Part shown: piece after piece, positions 1 through 10,067 of the stretch
Layout of the letters: each line of letters opens with the position of its first letter
Position numbering within the stretch: the stretch's first letter is position 1
NCBI GenBank assembly: GCA_001627865.1
Contig: LUQO01000004.1
Location: 10,384 to 74,383, forward strand
Direction: 5' to 3'
Source: SAR324 cluster bacterium REDSEA-S27_B3
GTDB taxonomy: Bacteria; SAR324; NAC60-12
DNA: 64,000 bases
Notes under the pieces: model-generated
Told to the model about the DNA's origin: nothing
Databases searched by the model: none
Seen by the model: only the letters and a program-made list of their open reading frames with translations
Translations under genes and position numbers: made by a program

Positions 1-1358
1 TCTTGCGACAACTCATTTACAGTCTCATTATCTGAATTTTCTGTATTCATCTTATTATGTGAAGATGAATTATCTTCCCTGTTAGCAGACAAGGCAAGGA
101 CTCTGTTTGCCTGCAGAGCTAACCACAAACCATTCAATGTTTGCTGAGATAATTCAGCAATTTTAGCGTTGGAACTGCTCATTGGCAGTATCACACCAAT
201 TCGTCGGGGACTGACATTCAATGCTGTTACAAGGCTACGCCGTTTTTTCTCGAGGAGTAAATACTGTTCCAAGTTGCCAGTTTCACGGGCTAAACTGAGT
301 CTTTGATCCAACAGTTCCAGTGCCTCTCTGTAGCGTCGTTGCTCTGACAAAATCTCCAGTTCAATTTGAAATATTTGCTTCTGCATCCATACAAAATCCG
401 GATATTTTTTCATTAAGATACGTAATTCTTCCGTAGTCTGAATTTGCTTAAGCAATAGGCTTATTATTTCGTGATCTGCCGTCTCTGAAGTTCCTGAATT
501 TTTCAAGTGGTCAAGACGATATTGAACTGCTGCTAATATTTTTCCTTTAAACTTAGCTTCTTCACTGAACATAATCAGCAGTTCACTTCGGAGTTTTGGT
601 GCCAGTTCATTCAGTGCGAGTTCACGCCAGATCATATTTTGATTTAAAGGCTTTTCCTGTGACTGCAGGGATTTGTTAAAAAAGTAATATACGATTGGAG
701 TTATCCTGCTGCGAGGACGTTCATTCAAAAACGCAATTGCCAGTTTCTCCGCAGCTGCCCATTGTTGAAGGTGATACAGCAATTGAACTTTAAGTCTGAC
801 TCTATCCTCAATTTGTAGCCAATCCTCATATTCCAGATACTTTTCCCTTGCAGTTTCAGGATCATTAACAATCATTTTTTCAATATCTGCCACAGTCATA
901 CTGACATTTGTAAATTCAGAGTTAGCCCAGTCTTCATCATTTATTTTGGCAGTTTCAGTGTCAATTTCCACGGACGGATCCATGCTTTTAAACCATGGGA
1001 AAAACCGGCTTAAAAATGAGCTCGCGGACTTGTTTTGGGTTTCTTCCGGTTGAATTACAGGAAGCGCGGGCTTCACTGATAATTCCGCTGTATATAATAA
1101 TTTTGGATTATCTGTTGCGTGCGGCCTTGCAACAGTCTCAAGTTGAGTTAATGCGGTGGTCGGCAAGTCAAATGGTATTGGAGGGATATATTGCTCAGGC
1201 AGCTCTTTTTCATTGAATACATCCATACTTTGTTCCAACCAGATTCGGTCACTGAGCAAACTTTGAGCGACAGCTGATCCGGAAGAAGCATAAAAATACC
1301 AGATGCCCAGTAACAGACTGACTGAAACCGTAACAAATTTAACTCTTTTAAAATGCAC
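1..1358 (-). CDS. Exported protein, partial (C-terminus off window). TPR-like N-terminal region followed by the start of a type-1 periplasmic-binding fold (LpoA/LivK-like).
   Basis: It is absent from the ORF track because the frame runs off the window. Manual reverse-complement translation from GTG at 1358 gives VHFKRVKFVTVSVSLLLGIWYFYASSGSAVAQSLLSDRIWLEQSMDVFNEKEL..., a signal-peptide-like N-terminus. The frame was re-verified at 961-1020 (SFLSRFFPWFKSMDPSVEI) and 3-59 (HNKMNTENSDNETVNELSQ). The distal part reads RRIGVILPMSSSNAKIAELSQQTLNGLWLALQ, typical of a PBP type-1 N-terminus. The start lies 17 bp after the selB stop. Confidence 0.55.
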   Translation of the reverse strand, partial: MHFKRVKFVTVSVSLLLGIWYFYASSGSAVAQSLLSDRIWLEQSMDVFNEKELPEQYIPPIPFDLPTTALTQLETVARPHATDNPKLLYTAELSVKPALPVIQPEETQNKSASSFLSRFFPWFKSMDPSVEIDTETAKINDEDWANSEFTNVSMTVADIEKMIVNDPETAREKYLEYEDWLQIEDRVRLKVQLLYHLQQWAAAEKLAIAFLNERPRSRITPIVYYFFNKSLQSQEKPLNQNMIWRELALNELAPKLRSELLIMFSEEAKFKGKILAAVQYRLDHLKNSGTSETADHEIISLLLKQIQTTEELRILMKKYPDFVWMQKQIFQIELEILSEQRRYREALELLDQRLSLARETGNLEQYLLLEKKRRSLVTALNVSPRRIGVILPMSSSNAKIAELSQQTLNGLWLALQANRVLALSANREDNSSSHNKMNTENSDNETVNELSQ

Positions 1359-1375
1359 TTTGTTATTCGATCTGA

Positions 1376-3334
1376 TTAATTTTTGTGTTCAAAAATTTTT
1401 CCGGGAATACGCCAGTTATCTTTTCGTATGGTCAAATGTTGACTGTCAAAATATTCCAGTAAATCGATAGCGTATTTACGGGAAACGTTAAGCAGTTCTT
1501 TGAACTGGATTACAGTTATATTCGGATTCTCCTTCAAATAAATCCTCAGAACTTCCAATATGTTTTCAATTTGTTCAGGGCTATAGTGCAAATCCTCTGC
1601 AATACGCACCAGGATTTTGGAGTGTACGGCGAATTTAAGCATTTCAACTCCATCCTTCTCACTCAAACCCAGATCTTCCAGCAATTTTGTTTTGCGAGCA
1701 GGCTGAAAATTGCTATTCCTGATCAGTTCAATGCATTTCGACAAACTGTCCTGACGAGTTTGAGAAATTTGTGCGCGATGATCTTTCAGACAATAATACT
1801 GGCCATTTTTTACAATTAAACCTGTTTCACAAAGATATTTTAACAGGTTTTCAATTTCTTTTTCTGCAAAAATCAAAGAGAGTTTTCCTCCAAGTTCTGC
1901 ATGAGTCATTCCCTCACGATCAGGAAATTTTTGATGGTGATTTTTTAAAACTCTGCTGATAAATGTCCCTGTACGCTTGACATGATCCACATGCAAATAA
2001 CGTCTGGAAATTGTATCCACGCAAAGTATTTGCCCCTGTTTTTGCAGACGCTGTAAGATTTTTACACATTGCTCGTCAGAAAGGCCTGAGCGTACCTGAA
2101 ATTCTGACTGATTAACCCCGCGCACAGACTGCAAATATATCACTTCTTCCGCCCTGACATTTTCATCCTCATTCAAAATGCGTCTGAGTCTTTCCGGAAG
2201 TTCATGCAGCAATCTCCGGGATTTGCTTGGAGATGGGTCAATCAGAGTTCCTCCACCAATAGTGGACATGGGTGAATAATTCCGGATTATGAAACGATCC
2301 CCGTATTTTCCGCTTAACAAGCTTTCAGACCTGAACTGAACGATTGTTGTTTCTCCGGGAGACAATGTTTCGCCTTCCAAAAGTATGATTCTGCCTATAA
2401 GTTCCTGACTACCAAGATGAAGCCGGACACGTGAACTGTTTTTCAAAGGAGACAAAGCATCTTTCAGTAGGGACAATGAGGCATTAATCATATATCCAGT
2501 AAGCAATGACTTTGGTTTTGCCAGCTGATTACCTCGCTGAATTTCCTCTTTGGTTATTGCAGCCAAATTAAACGCAGCCCTCTGTCCCGTATACACCTCT
2601 TTTACTACATTCCCATGTGACTGCATGACACGTATTCGAATTTCGCGTGATTGTGGATATTGTAGAACTTCTTCATCCTGCCTGACTGCACCGGACAGCA
2701 CTGTTCCGGTAACAACTGTGCCAAAACCTTTTAACGTGAAGGAACGGTCAACATACAGTCTGAATGGCTTTTCAATTTCCGGATGTACAAACTTTTTTGC
2801 AAGTTGTGCAAATTCATCACGAAGTTCATTTAAACCTTCACCTGTTACTGCAGACACAGGAATAACCGGGGCATCTTCCAAAAATGTGCCTTCCAGTAAT
2901 ACTGAAACTTCCTCCTTGCACAATTCCACCATTTCACTGTCTTCCACCAAATCAACTCGTGTGAGAACGACTATTCCTGTTTTAATTTTCAGGAGACTGC
3001 ATATATTCAGATGTTCGCGTGTTTGTGGCATAACACCTTCATCTGCTGCCACCACCAGTAAAATAGCATCCATTCCGGCTACGCCTGCCAGCATATTGTG
3101 AACAAATTTTTCATGTCCCGGGACATCTACGATTGCAACATGATTCCCGTATTTGTCTTCGTAATGAGCAAATCCAAGATCAATGGTTATTCCACGTTTT
3201 TTTTCTTCGGCAAAACGATCAGTATCCACTCCGGTGAGGGCTTTTACCAATGTTGTTTTCCCATGATCGATGTGCCCGCTTGTACCGATTACAAAAGGTC
3301 TTGTGGATTGATTTAACTGTTTGCCGGGGAACAT
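1376..3334 (-). CDS. selB: Selenocysteine-specific translation elongation factor SelB
   Basis: 652 aa. The N-terminal GTPase has the motifs GHIDHGKTTLVKALTG, DTDRFAEEKKRGITIDLGFA, DVPGH and TRVD. It is followed by the long winged-helix C-terminal extension typical of bacterial SelB. Confidence 0.95.
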   Translation of the reverse strand: MFPGKQLNQSTRPFVIGTSGHIDHGKTTLVKALTGVDTDRFAEEKKRGITIDLGFAHYEDKYGNHVAIVDVPGHEKFVHNMLAGVAGMDAILLVVAADEGVMPQTREHLNICSLLKIKTGIVVLTRVDLVEDSEMVELCKEEVSVLLEGTFLEDAPVIPVSAVTGEGLNELRDEFAQLAKKFVHPEIEKPFRLYVDRSFTLKGFGTVVTGTVLSGAVRQDEEVLQYPQSREIRIRVMQSHGNVVKEVYTGQRAAFNLAAITKEEIQRGNQLAKPKSLLTGYMINASLSLLKDALSPLKNSSRVRLHLGSQELIGRIILLEGETLSPGETTIVQFRSESLLSGKYGDRFIIRNYSPMSTIGGGTLIDPSPSKSRRLLHELPERLRRILNEDENVRAEEVIYLQSVRGVNQSEFQVRSGLSDEQCVKILQRLQKQGQILCVDTISRRYLHVDHVKRTGTFISRVLKNHHQKFPDREGMTHAELGGKLSLIFAEKEIENLLKYLCETGLIVKNGQYYCLKDHRAQISQTRQDSLSKCIELIRNSNFQPARKTKLLEDLGLSEKDGVEMLKFAVHSKILVRIAEDLHYSPEQIENILEVLRIYLKENPNITVIQFKELLNVSRKYAIDLLEYFDSQHLTIRKDNWRIPGKIFEHKN

Positions 3335-3556
3335 TTTAATGTTTGCAAATGAAACTGATTTTCAAAAAATAAAAATTTTTGTCTAAATTAACAAACAAAT
3401 GTATATTTTAAATTAACCAATGCAGGACTCAAGTTGCTCAAGCAAAATTTCACTGGCTTCAGTTAAATAGTTTGCTATAATCACCTTGCTGAATTATTTG
3501 TTGATTTGATTAGATAATTTCAGAGTAAGGCAGATAAATTCCCATCAAAATATTTA

Positions 3557-4300
3557 ATGATTAAGTATAAAACAAATATATTAATAATTTTTACATTTCT
3601 TTTGTTGATAACTTCAGCAAATAGCTCCGGTGCAGTAGAAATATTCGCAAGAGACACTGAGCACAGGGGAGTAATAGATTTTGCACCTTACCAAATCTAC
3701 CCCGAAAACAGGATTGGAAATGGAATATACCTTGACAAAAAACTTTTAGATTCTCATCCTCAGCGAGTAATTCTGAACATTGTAAATATTAAAAATTCAG
3801 ACAACCATATTTATCTATTCCGGGGTCTGAATGGTGTTTTAGGAATGGACATAGTGAAAACAAATGGTGATGCAGACGTACGATTCTGGCAGGTTGATCA
3901 GGAGTTTTACCAGTATAGTGATAGAACATCAGGAACCAGAAAAGTGTTCCGGATTTTTCAAGATCAAATTGTACCCCTATTACCACACCTGCGTACCGGC
4001 ACAGGTGTTGCCACCTCCCCAACTCATGCAGTTTTTTATCACATCTCCAATTCAAAAAATGTTACCAGTATTAATCAGAACGGGCATGAAATAACAAACA
4101 GAATTTACACATTCAGTCTCCACCTGGTCAAACGTGATCTTGCTGATATCGTAAGTATCAGTGATCTTCCTATTCAGGACGTCAGTTACACACTGAAACT
4201 AGATTGGGTAAACGAGAATTCTGTGAGCTACAAATTAAGTAATGGAGAAAAACACATTATTGATTTACGTAAATATGTGCCCAATAATTATTTTAAATAG
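3557..4300 (+). CDS. Hypothetical secreted protein
   Basis: 247 aa with a signal-peptide-like N-terminus (MIKYKTNILIIFTFLLLITSANSSGA). I recognise no family. It is flanked by AT-rich intergenic DNA. Confidence 0.55.
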   Translation: MIKYKTNILIIFTFLLLITSANSSGAVEIFARDTEHRGVIDFAPYQIYPENRIGNGIYLDKKLLDSHPQRVILNIVNIKNSDNHIYLFRGLNGVLGMDIVKTNGDADVRFWQVDQEFYQYSDRTSGTRKVFRIFQDQIVPLLPHLRTGTGVATSPTHAVFYHISNSKNVTSINQNGHEITNRIYTFSLHLVKRDLADIVSISDLPIQDVSYTLKLDWVNENSVSYKLSNGEKHIIDLRKYVPNNYFK

Positions 4301-4368
4301 TGCTTAACATATCTTATCAAAGAAACACCTGAATCATTCCAATATACACCTTAACTTAACAATTATAA

Positions 4369-5049
4369 ATGCCTCATAAAATTTCATGCTTAATCTATGA
4401 TATGGACGGTTTGCTTCTGGATACAGAAGGCATTTACACTGAAGTTACACAACAAATTGCTGGAGAATATGGAAAAGTTTTTGATTGGTCAGTCAAGAGA
4501 AGAATTATAGGAAGACCTGCCTCACAGGCCGCAAAAATAATCGTTGAGAGCCTTGAACTGCCTATTACTCCGCAAGACTATCTGGAATCCAGGAAAGACG
4601 TTTTGCTGGAAAGATTTCAAAACACAGAACCATTGCCCGGCGCAAAAGAGATGACAACTCATTTTTTTCAGCAAGGGTTTCCACAGGCGCTTGCAACAAG
4701 TTCGTCTTCACCAATGTATGATGCAAAATATTCAAAACACAAAAAGTGGTTTTCGCAATTCAATCAAATTGTACGTGGGGATGACCCTGAATTAGAACAG
4801 GGAAAACCTGCTCCGGATATTTTTCTGCTTGCCGCAAAACGACTTGGAATTGCGCCGGAAGAGTGCCTTGTCTTCGAAGATGCCCCCTCCGGAAATGAAG
4901 CGGCAATAGCAGCCGGAATGTCTGTAATCATAGTACCTCATCCTGAAATGGACCACAGTCACTTCAAAGATGCCTCTCAAATTATACCTTCGCTTAAAGA
5001 ATTTGATCCGGAATATTGGGGACTGCCTGGATTTGCTGTAACCGCTTGA
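4369..5049 (+). CDS. HAD-superfamily hydrolase (beta-phosphoglucomutase/pseudouridine-phosphatase-like subfamily IA)
   Basis: HAD motif I is DMDGLLLDTE. A motif II-type residue lies in ATSSS. The distal motifs are GKPAPDIF and FEDAPSGNEAAIAAGM. Confidence 0.85.
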   Translation: MPHKISCLIYDMDGLLLDTEGIYTEVTQQIAGEYGKVFDWSVKRRIIGRPASQAAKIIVESLELPITPQDYLESRKDVLLERFQNTEPLPGAKEMTTHFFQQGFPQALATSSSSPMYDAKYSKHKKWFSQFNQIVRGDDPELEQGKPAPDIFLLAAKRLGIAPEECLVFEDAPSGNEAAIAAGMSVIIVPHPEMDHSHFKDASQIIPSLKEFDPEYWGLPGFAVTA

Positions 5050-5112
5050 AATAACTTATATTTCTGAAAGTTAAGCCAATTGGCATTACTTGTAAGCAAC
5101 TTTTAAACAACC

Positions 5113-6012
5113 ATGAAAGTGCTGATAACCGGTTCTTCCGGACTGATCGGAGCTGCTTTAACCGACTCATTGGAGCAAGAAGGTCATGAAGTTGTACGTT
5201 TATGGTGCAGGAACTTTGTCAAGGATTCGCCTGATTGGAATCCGGAAAATGAAATTATAAATTTGGAGAAAATCCGTGATATCAATGCTGTCGTCCATTT
5301 GGCAGGAGAAAACATTGCGGATGGACGATGGAGTGAAAAAAAGAAAGACCGCATTCTTAGCAGTCGTGTCAAAGGAACAAAACTGTTAGCAAAGTATTTT
5401 GCAAAAGCAGATAAAAAGCCGGAAGTTTTTATTTCAGCATCAGCCGTGGGTTATTATGGAGACCGCGGAGAAGTAATTGTTGATGAAGCAAGCAGTGCCG
5501 GAAGAGGTTTCCTTGCCGATGTTTGTGTGCAATGGGAAGAAGCATCGAATGCCGCCAACGAGGCAGGTATTCGGGTGGCAAATGTTCGCTTTGGCACAGT
5601 TCTGAGTACTGCAGGTGGTGCCTTGAAAAAAATGCTGCTGCCTTTTAAACTTGGAGCAGGGGGTGTTATCGGCAGTGGTGAACAATACATGAGTTGGATA
5701 AGTATCAATGATGCCGTAAACATTATTCAGCATATACTGAACAACGACTCACTTCGGGGGCCGATAAATGCGGTTACACCGAATGCAGTCACAAATCGTT
5801 TGTTTACTAAGACTTTAGGCAAAGCCTTGCATCGCCCAACAATTTTCCCTTTGCCTGCTTCTGTAGCTAGAATCTTATTTGGTGAAATGGCAGATGAGTT
5901 GCTGCTGAGCAGCATTCGTATATTCCCAGGAAAACTGGTTGAAAGCGGCTACAAGTTTCAGGATAACGATTTAAGTGAATCGCTTGATAAATTACTGCTA
6001 ACACAGGTTTGA
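5113..6012 (+). CDS. yfcH: TIGR01777/YfcH-family NAD-dependent epimerase/dehydratase-like protein
   Basis: The N-terminal Rossmann motif is MKVLITGSSGLIGAAL. The length is 299 aa. The C-terminal DUF1731-like tail (RIFPGKLVESGYKFQ) is typical of YfcH. Confidence 0.8.
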   Translation: MKVLITGSSGLIGAALTDSLEQEGHEVVRLWCRNFVKDSPDWNPENEIINLEKIRDINAVVHLAGENIADGRWSEKKKDRILSSRVKGTKLLAKYFAKADKKPEVFISASAVGYYGDRGEVIVDEASSAGRGFLADVCVQWEEASNAANEAGIRVANVRFGTVLSTAGGALKKMLLPFKLGAGGVIGSGEQYMSWISINDAVNIIQHILNNDSLRGPINAVTPNAVTNRLFTKTLGKALHRPTIFPLPASVARILFGEMADELLLSSIRIFPGKLVESGYKFQDNDLSESLDKLLLTQV

Positions 6013-6235
6013 CAATTATCGTAATAATTTGATCTAATTACTACTTGATGAAGTCGGGTTTGTGATCAAAAGCAGTAATAATTTTTTTCACGCTTATTCG
6101 GTCTGTTTCATATAAAATACGGATTTCAAAACTAAGTTTAATGAAACAAAAAATCATTTTTTTATTCCTGTCTGAATAATGTATTTTGTGGTGAAAACAA
6201 GTAAAAATGCAATAACATCAAATAAAAGTTAACTT

Positions 6236-7234
6236 ATGAGCAACACATCTTTTCGAGCATTGGTTGTCAGCAAAAATGACGATGATACATACACACGCGA
6301 AATTACAGACCGTTCTCTGCAAGATCTTCCAGAAGGAGAAGTTCTGCTTCGTGTACATTATTCTTCCTTGAATTACAAGGATGGACTTTCCTGCATCGGC
6401 AATCCGGGAGTAACTCGAAATTATCCTCACACTCCCGGTATAGACGCTTCAGGTGAGGTTGTGGAGTGTTCAGACTCAAGATTTAAGCCCGGAGACTCAG
6501 TGGTTGTGACTGGTTATGATTTAGGCATGAGTACTTCCGGAGGATTTGGGCAGTATATTCGTGTTCCCGCTGATTGGGTCGTACCTTTACCGGAAGAATT
6601 ATCACTTAAAGAAGCCATGATATATGGTACTGCAGGTTACACTGCCGCACTTTCTGTTCACGCATTACAAAAACATGGTATAACTCCGGAACAGGGAGAG
6701 ATTGTTGTAACCGGTTCAACCGGAGGTGTTGGATGCATTTCTGTAGTGCTTCTTGCCGGTTTAGGTTACAATGTAGTGGCATCAACAGGAAAAATCCATG
6801 AAACGGACTTCCTGAAAGGACTGGGCGCAAAAGAAATTATTCATCGCGATGAAGTAAATGATCAATCAAAAAAACCATTGCTTAAACAGCGCTGGGCAGG
6901 AGCAATTGACACAGTCGGTGACACGACCCTTGCCACTCTACTTAAAGCCACAAAACAAAGAGGTGCCGTTGCAGCCACAGGATTAGTTGCATCAGCGAAT
7001 TTGCCAACAACAGTTTTTCCTTTTATTTTGCGGGGAGTGAGTTTGCTGGGAATTGATTCGGGAGAAACACCTATGAATTTGCGCTGTCAAATTTGGAATA
7101 AACTTGCCGATGAATGGAAATTTCCTCAACTTGAACAGCTGTCAGTTGATTGTACTTTAGATAATCTTAGCCCCGAAATTGATAAGATTCTTGCCGGTGG
7201 CCAGCGAGGACGTGTAGTTGTAAATCTGCATTAA
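6236..7234 (+). CDS. yhdH: YhdH/YhfP (AcuI)-family NADPH:quinone/acrylyl-CoA oxidoreductase
   Basis: An MDR-family protein of 332 aa. Supporting motifs are VLLRVHYSSLNYKDGLS, PGIDASGEV and VVTGSTGGVG. Confidence 0.85.
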   Translation: MSNTSFRALVVSKNDDDTYTREITDRSLQDLPEGEVLLRVHYSSLNYKDGLSCIGNPGVTRNYPHTPGIDASGEVVECSDSRFKPGDSVVVTGYDLGMSTSGGFGQYIRVPADWVVPLPEELSLKEAMIYGTAGYTAALSVHALQKHGITPEQGEIVVTGSTGGVGCISVVLLAGLGYNVVASTGKIHETDFLKGLGAKEIIHRDEVNDQSKKPLLKQRWAGAIDTVGDTTLATLLKATKQRGAVAATGLVASANLPTTVFPFILRGVSLLGIDSGETPMNLRCQIWNKLADEWKFPQLEQLSVDCTLDNLSPEIDKILAGGQRGRVVVNLH

Positions 7235-7270
7235 CAAACAATTTTTTTTAAAATTAATAAGGAGTAAATC

Positions 7271-8635
7271 ATGAGTGACACAGTTAAATACATCTTACCT
7301 GAATCTGAACTGCCGAAAAGCTGGTACAACATTACTTCCGATCTGCCTGAGCCTCCTCCACCTGTTTTACATCCCGGTACAGGGGAGCCGATAGGTCCAG
7401 ATGATTTAGCTCCACTTTTTCCAATGGAGCTGATTCTACAGGAAGTCAGCTCCGAGCGTTACATAGATATTCCGGAACCGGTGCGGGAGATATATCGCCA
7501 GTGGCGTCCAAGCCCTCTTTATCGTGCCAGAAGACTAGAGAAGGCACTCGATACTCCTGCAAAAATATATTACAAGTATGAAGGAGTCAGTCCTACAGGA
7601 AGCCACAAACCCAACACTGCAATTGCGCAGGCATTTTATAATAAAGAATCTGGAGTAAAACGCATTTCAACAGAAACCGGGGCTGGGCAGTGGGGCTCTT
7701 CTTTAGCCTTTGCAGGTTCGATTTTTGGATTGGAGATTGAAGTCTATATGGTCAAAGTCAGTTTCCAGCAAAAACCTTATCGAAAAGCGATGATGGAAAC
7801 CTTTGGTGCTACTTGCATTGCATCACCATCCGACAAGACTGAGTTTGGCAAGGCATACCTGGCCAAGAATCCTGATTCTACAGGCAGTTTAGGGATTGCA
7901 ATCTCAGAAGCAGTGGAAGTTGCCGCAACAAATGATGATGTTAAATATTCTCTGGGCAGTGTACTGAACCATGTGCTGATGCATCAGACAATTGTTGGTG
8001 TTGAAGCATTGAAACAAATGGAAATGGCAGGCGACTACCCGGACGTTGTTGTGGGCTGCACTGGTGGAGGTTCAAATTTTGCCGGTTTGATGTTTCCATT
8101 CCTTGGTGAACAACTTCGTGGCGGACCTCAGGTTCGTGTAGTAGCGGTTGAACCTGCAGCATGTCCATCCCTGACACGAGGCAAATATGCCTATGATTTC
8201 GGAGACACCGGAAACATGACTCCCCTTGCTAAAATGCACACACTTGGTTCAACTTTTGTTCCGCCGGGATTCCATGCCGGCGGGCTGCGTTATCATGGAA
8301 TGGCACCTTTGATAAGTCATCTGAAGGAGCTTGATTTGCTGGAAGCGTATGCATATCATCAGAACACCTGCTTCGAGGCTGGGGTAACGTTTGGACGTGA
8401 GGAAGGAATTCTTCCTGCTCCGGAAGCAAACCATGCAGTAAAGGGTGCTGTCGAGGAGGCACTGCGCTGTAAGCGTGAAGGGAAGTCTGAAACTATTCTC
8501 TTCAACCTTTGCGGACATGGCCATTTCGATATGCAGGCATACTCAGATTATTTTAGTGGTAATCTTGAAGACCGAAACTATGATGAGCAGGAACTTGCTA
8601 TGGCTCTTGCAGGTCTTCCATCTGTTGCTGCCTGA
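7271..8635 (+). CDS. trpB: TrpB2-type tryptophan synthase beta-subunit-like PLP enzyme
   Basis: 454 aa. It has the long N-terminal extension and the [22 protein letters not shown] lysine motif characteristic of TrpB2 (TIGR01415-type). The RBS is AAGGAG upstream of the ATG. Confidence 0.88.
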   Translation: MSDTVKYILPESELPKSWYNITSDLPEPPPPVLHPGTGEPIGPDDLAPLFPMELILQEVSSERYIDIPEPVREIYRQWRPSPLYRARRLEKALDTPAKIYYKYEGVSPTGSHKPNTAIAQAFYNKESGVKRISTETGAGQWGSSLAFAGSIFGLEIEVYMVKVSFQQKPYRKAMMETFGATCIASPSDKTEFGKAYLAKNPDSTGSLGIAISEAVEVAATNDDVKYSLGSVLNHVLMHQTIVGVEALKQMEMAGDYPDVVVGCTGGGSNFAGLMFPFLGEQLRGGPQVRVVAVEPAACPSLTRGKYAYDFGDTGNMTPLAKMHTLGSTFVPPGFHAGGLRYHGMAPLISHLKELDLLEAYAYHQNTCFEAGVTFGREEGILPAPEANHAVKGAVEEALRCKREGKSETILFNLCGHGHFDMQAYSDYFSGNLEDRNYDEQELAMALAGLPSVAA

Positions 8636-8929
8636 AGAATTGTTTTACAAAGTCTGAGTTTGCACTGTCTTTATCATCAATTGTTGAGGTTCCCTGCATT
8701 GGAAATTAATCTTAAACAGATTATCAGCAAATATTTCAAGCTTATTGATTTACCCTGATCAAAGTGCTGGATGTTTACAGCATCACTGATTTATCAATAT
8801 CTGTTCTGCTTCAAGAAACTTTTCAATAAGAAGAACTCTTTTTGAGCCAAAAACACATCAACAAATATTCTCAAAAATTAACTGCTTCTGAATTAGTTTA
8901 GCTATGATCAGTAAACATTTTCATCGTAA

Positions 8930-10039
8930 ATGAGAATCACTATATTGAAAGTGCTAAGACACTTATCTGCATTACTGTGCTTATGGATTTTTTTCATCCC
9001 GATAATCCATGCAGCAGAACCTGCATTTGTGCGTGAAAGTCTGCGTGCTCGTGGAATGGGCAATGCTTTTACTGCAGTGGCTAATGATGAAATGCTGTTC
9101 TTTTATAATCCTGCAGGTTTGCGTTCAGTAAATTACAATATCTATGAAATATTTGGAGCAAATTTTTCATGGAACGACAACACCATAAATCTGGGAAAAT
9201 CAAGCAGTAAAAGTTCCACCCTTGGAGATATTGCAGGCAGAAAAATTTATGTTGAGAGTAACCTTGGTTTGCTGAGTCATGTCAATTCCAGATTCGGCTG
9301 GTCATTATTTCAAAATGCATTGGTTGACATACAAGTAAGGAATCCTGTATTTCCTTATTTGGAAACAAGAGCATTTTTTCAGGCCGGGCTTGCGGGCGGA
9401 ATGGCATGGAGTTTCTTTGATTATCAGCTTGATCTTGGCCTGGGGGCAAAGCTGGTGCAAAGAGCGGGAATTGATACAAAGTTTCAAGTGTTTGATGAGG
9501 CCATGGTTGAAGCAACTGAAAAAAATACTTACACCAAACTGCGTAAGAAATTTTCTAATAAAGCAGCATTTGCCCCTGACGCCGGAGCCATCTATCACTT
9601 TGATGGTGTGCATAACATGGAGCCCCAGGTTGCGATAAGTCTGCAGAATATCGGCGGACTTGATTTTGAAAATGCCGGGAAAGTTCCGATGACCATGAAC
9701 ATTGGGATGAGCACCGAGTCTGAATTAGCAGGATTTGATCTAATTTTTTCCGTGGATTACCATGATTTAACCAACGCACAGAAACTTGTTTCCAAGGGGA
9801 ATGTAATTTCAGAAAGAAACATTAAAATAGGAGCAGAAATTGGCTGGAATAAATTGTTTAACGGCCACCATCTTTTCTCTTTTAGGGTAGGGCGTAATGG
9901 ACCTTATAACAGCCAGGGCGCTTCACTTAATTTATTTGGTTTTAAAATTGATTATGCCCGATATAATCAGGAAATCGGCGGATTTTCAGGTGAGCTGATG
10001 GATAAACGTACCAGCTTACAGGTTTCACTTATATTTTAA
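8930..10039 (+). CDS. Putative outer-membrane beta-barrel protein
   Basis: The signal peptide ends IHA-AEP. The N-terminal motif RARGMGNAFTAVANDEMLFFYNPAGL recalls PorV/FadL-like OMPs. Amphipathic strands alternate along the sequence. The C-terminus LQVSLIF ends in Phe, a BAM signature. Confidence 0.65.
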   Translation: MRITILKVLRHLSALLCLWIFFIPIIHAAEPAFVRESLRARGMGNAFTAVANDEMLFFYNPAGLRSVNYNIYEIFGANFSWNDNTINLGKSSSKSSTLGDIAGRKIYVESNLGLLSHVNSRFGWSLFQNALVDIQVRNPVFPYLETRAFFQAGLAGGMAWSFFDYQLDLGLGAKLVQRAGIDTKFQVFDEAMVEATEKNTYTKLRKKFSNKAAFAPDAGAIYHFDGVHNMEPQVAISLQNIGGLDFENAGKVPMTMNIGMSTESELAGFDLIFSVDYHDLTNAQKLVSKGNVISERNIKIGAEIGWNKLFNGHHLFSFRVGRNGPYNSQGASLNLFGFKIDYARYNQEIGGFSGELMDKRTSLQVSLIF

Positions 10040-10067
10040 TTGCAATCATTATAAAACCGGGAAACCA

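Noticed and set aside
995-1336. Track ORFs 995..1216 (+) and 1148..1336 (-)
   Set aside because: Both lie within the longer minus-strand frame that opens at GTG 1358 and stays open to position 1. That frame has a signal peptide and PBP-like sequence, so these are alternative-frame artefacts.
2550-3101. 183-aa plus-strand ORF inside selB
   Set aside because: It is antisense to a confidently identified gene. Its Ser/Thr/Cys-rich low-complexity translation is typical of a shadow frame, and it has no motifs or RBS.
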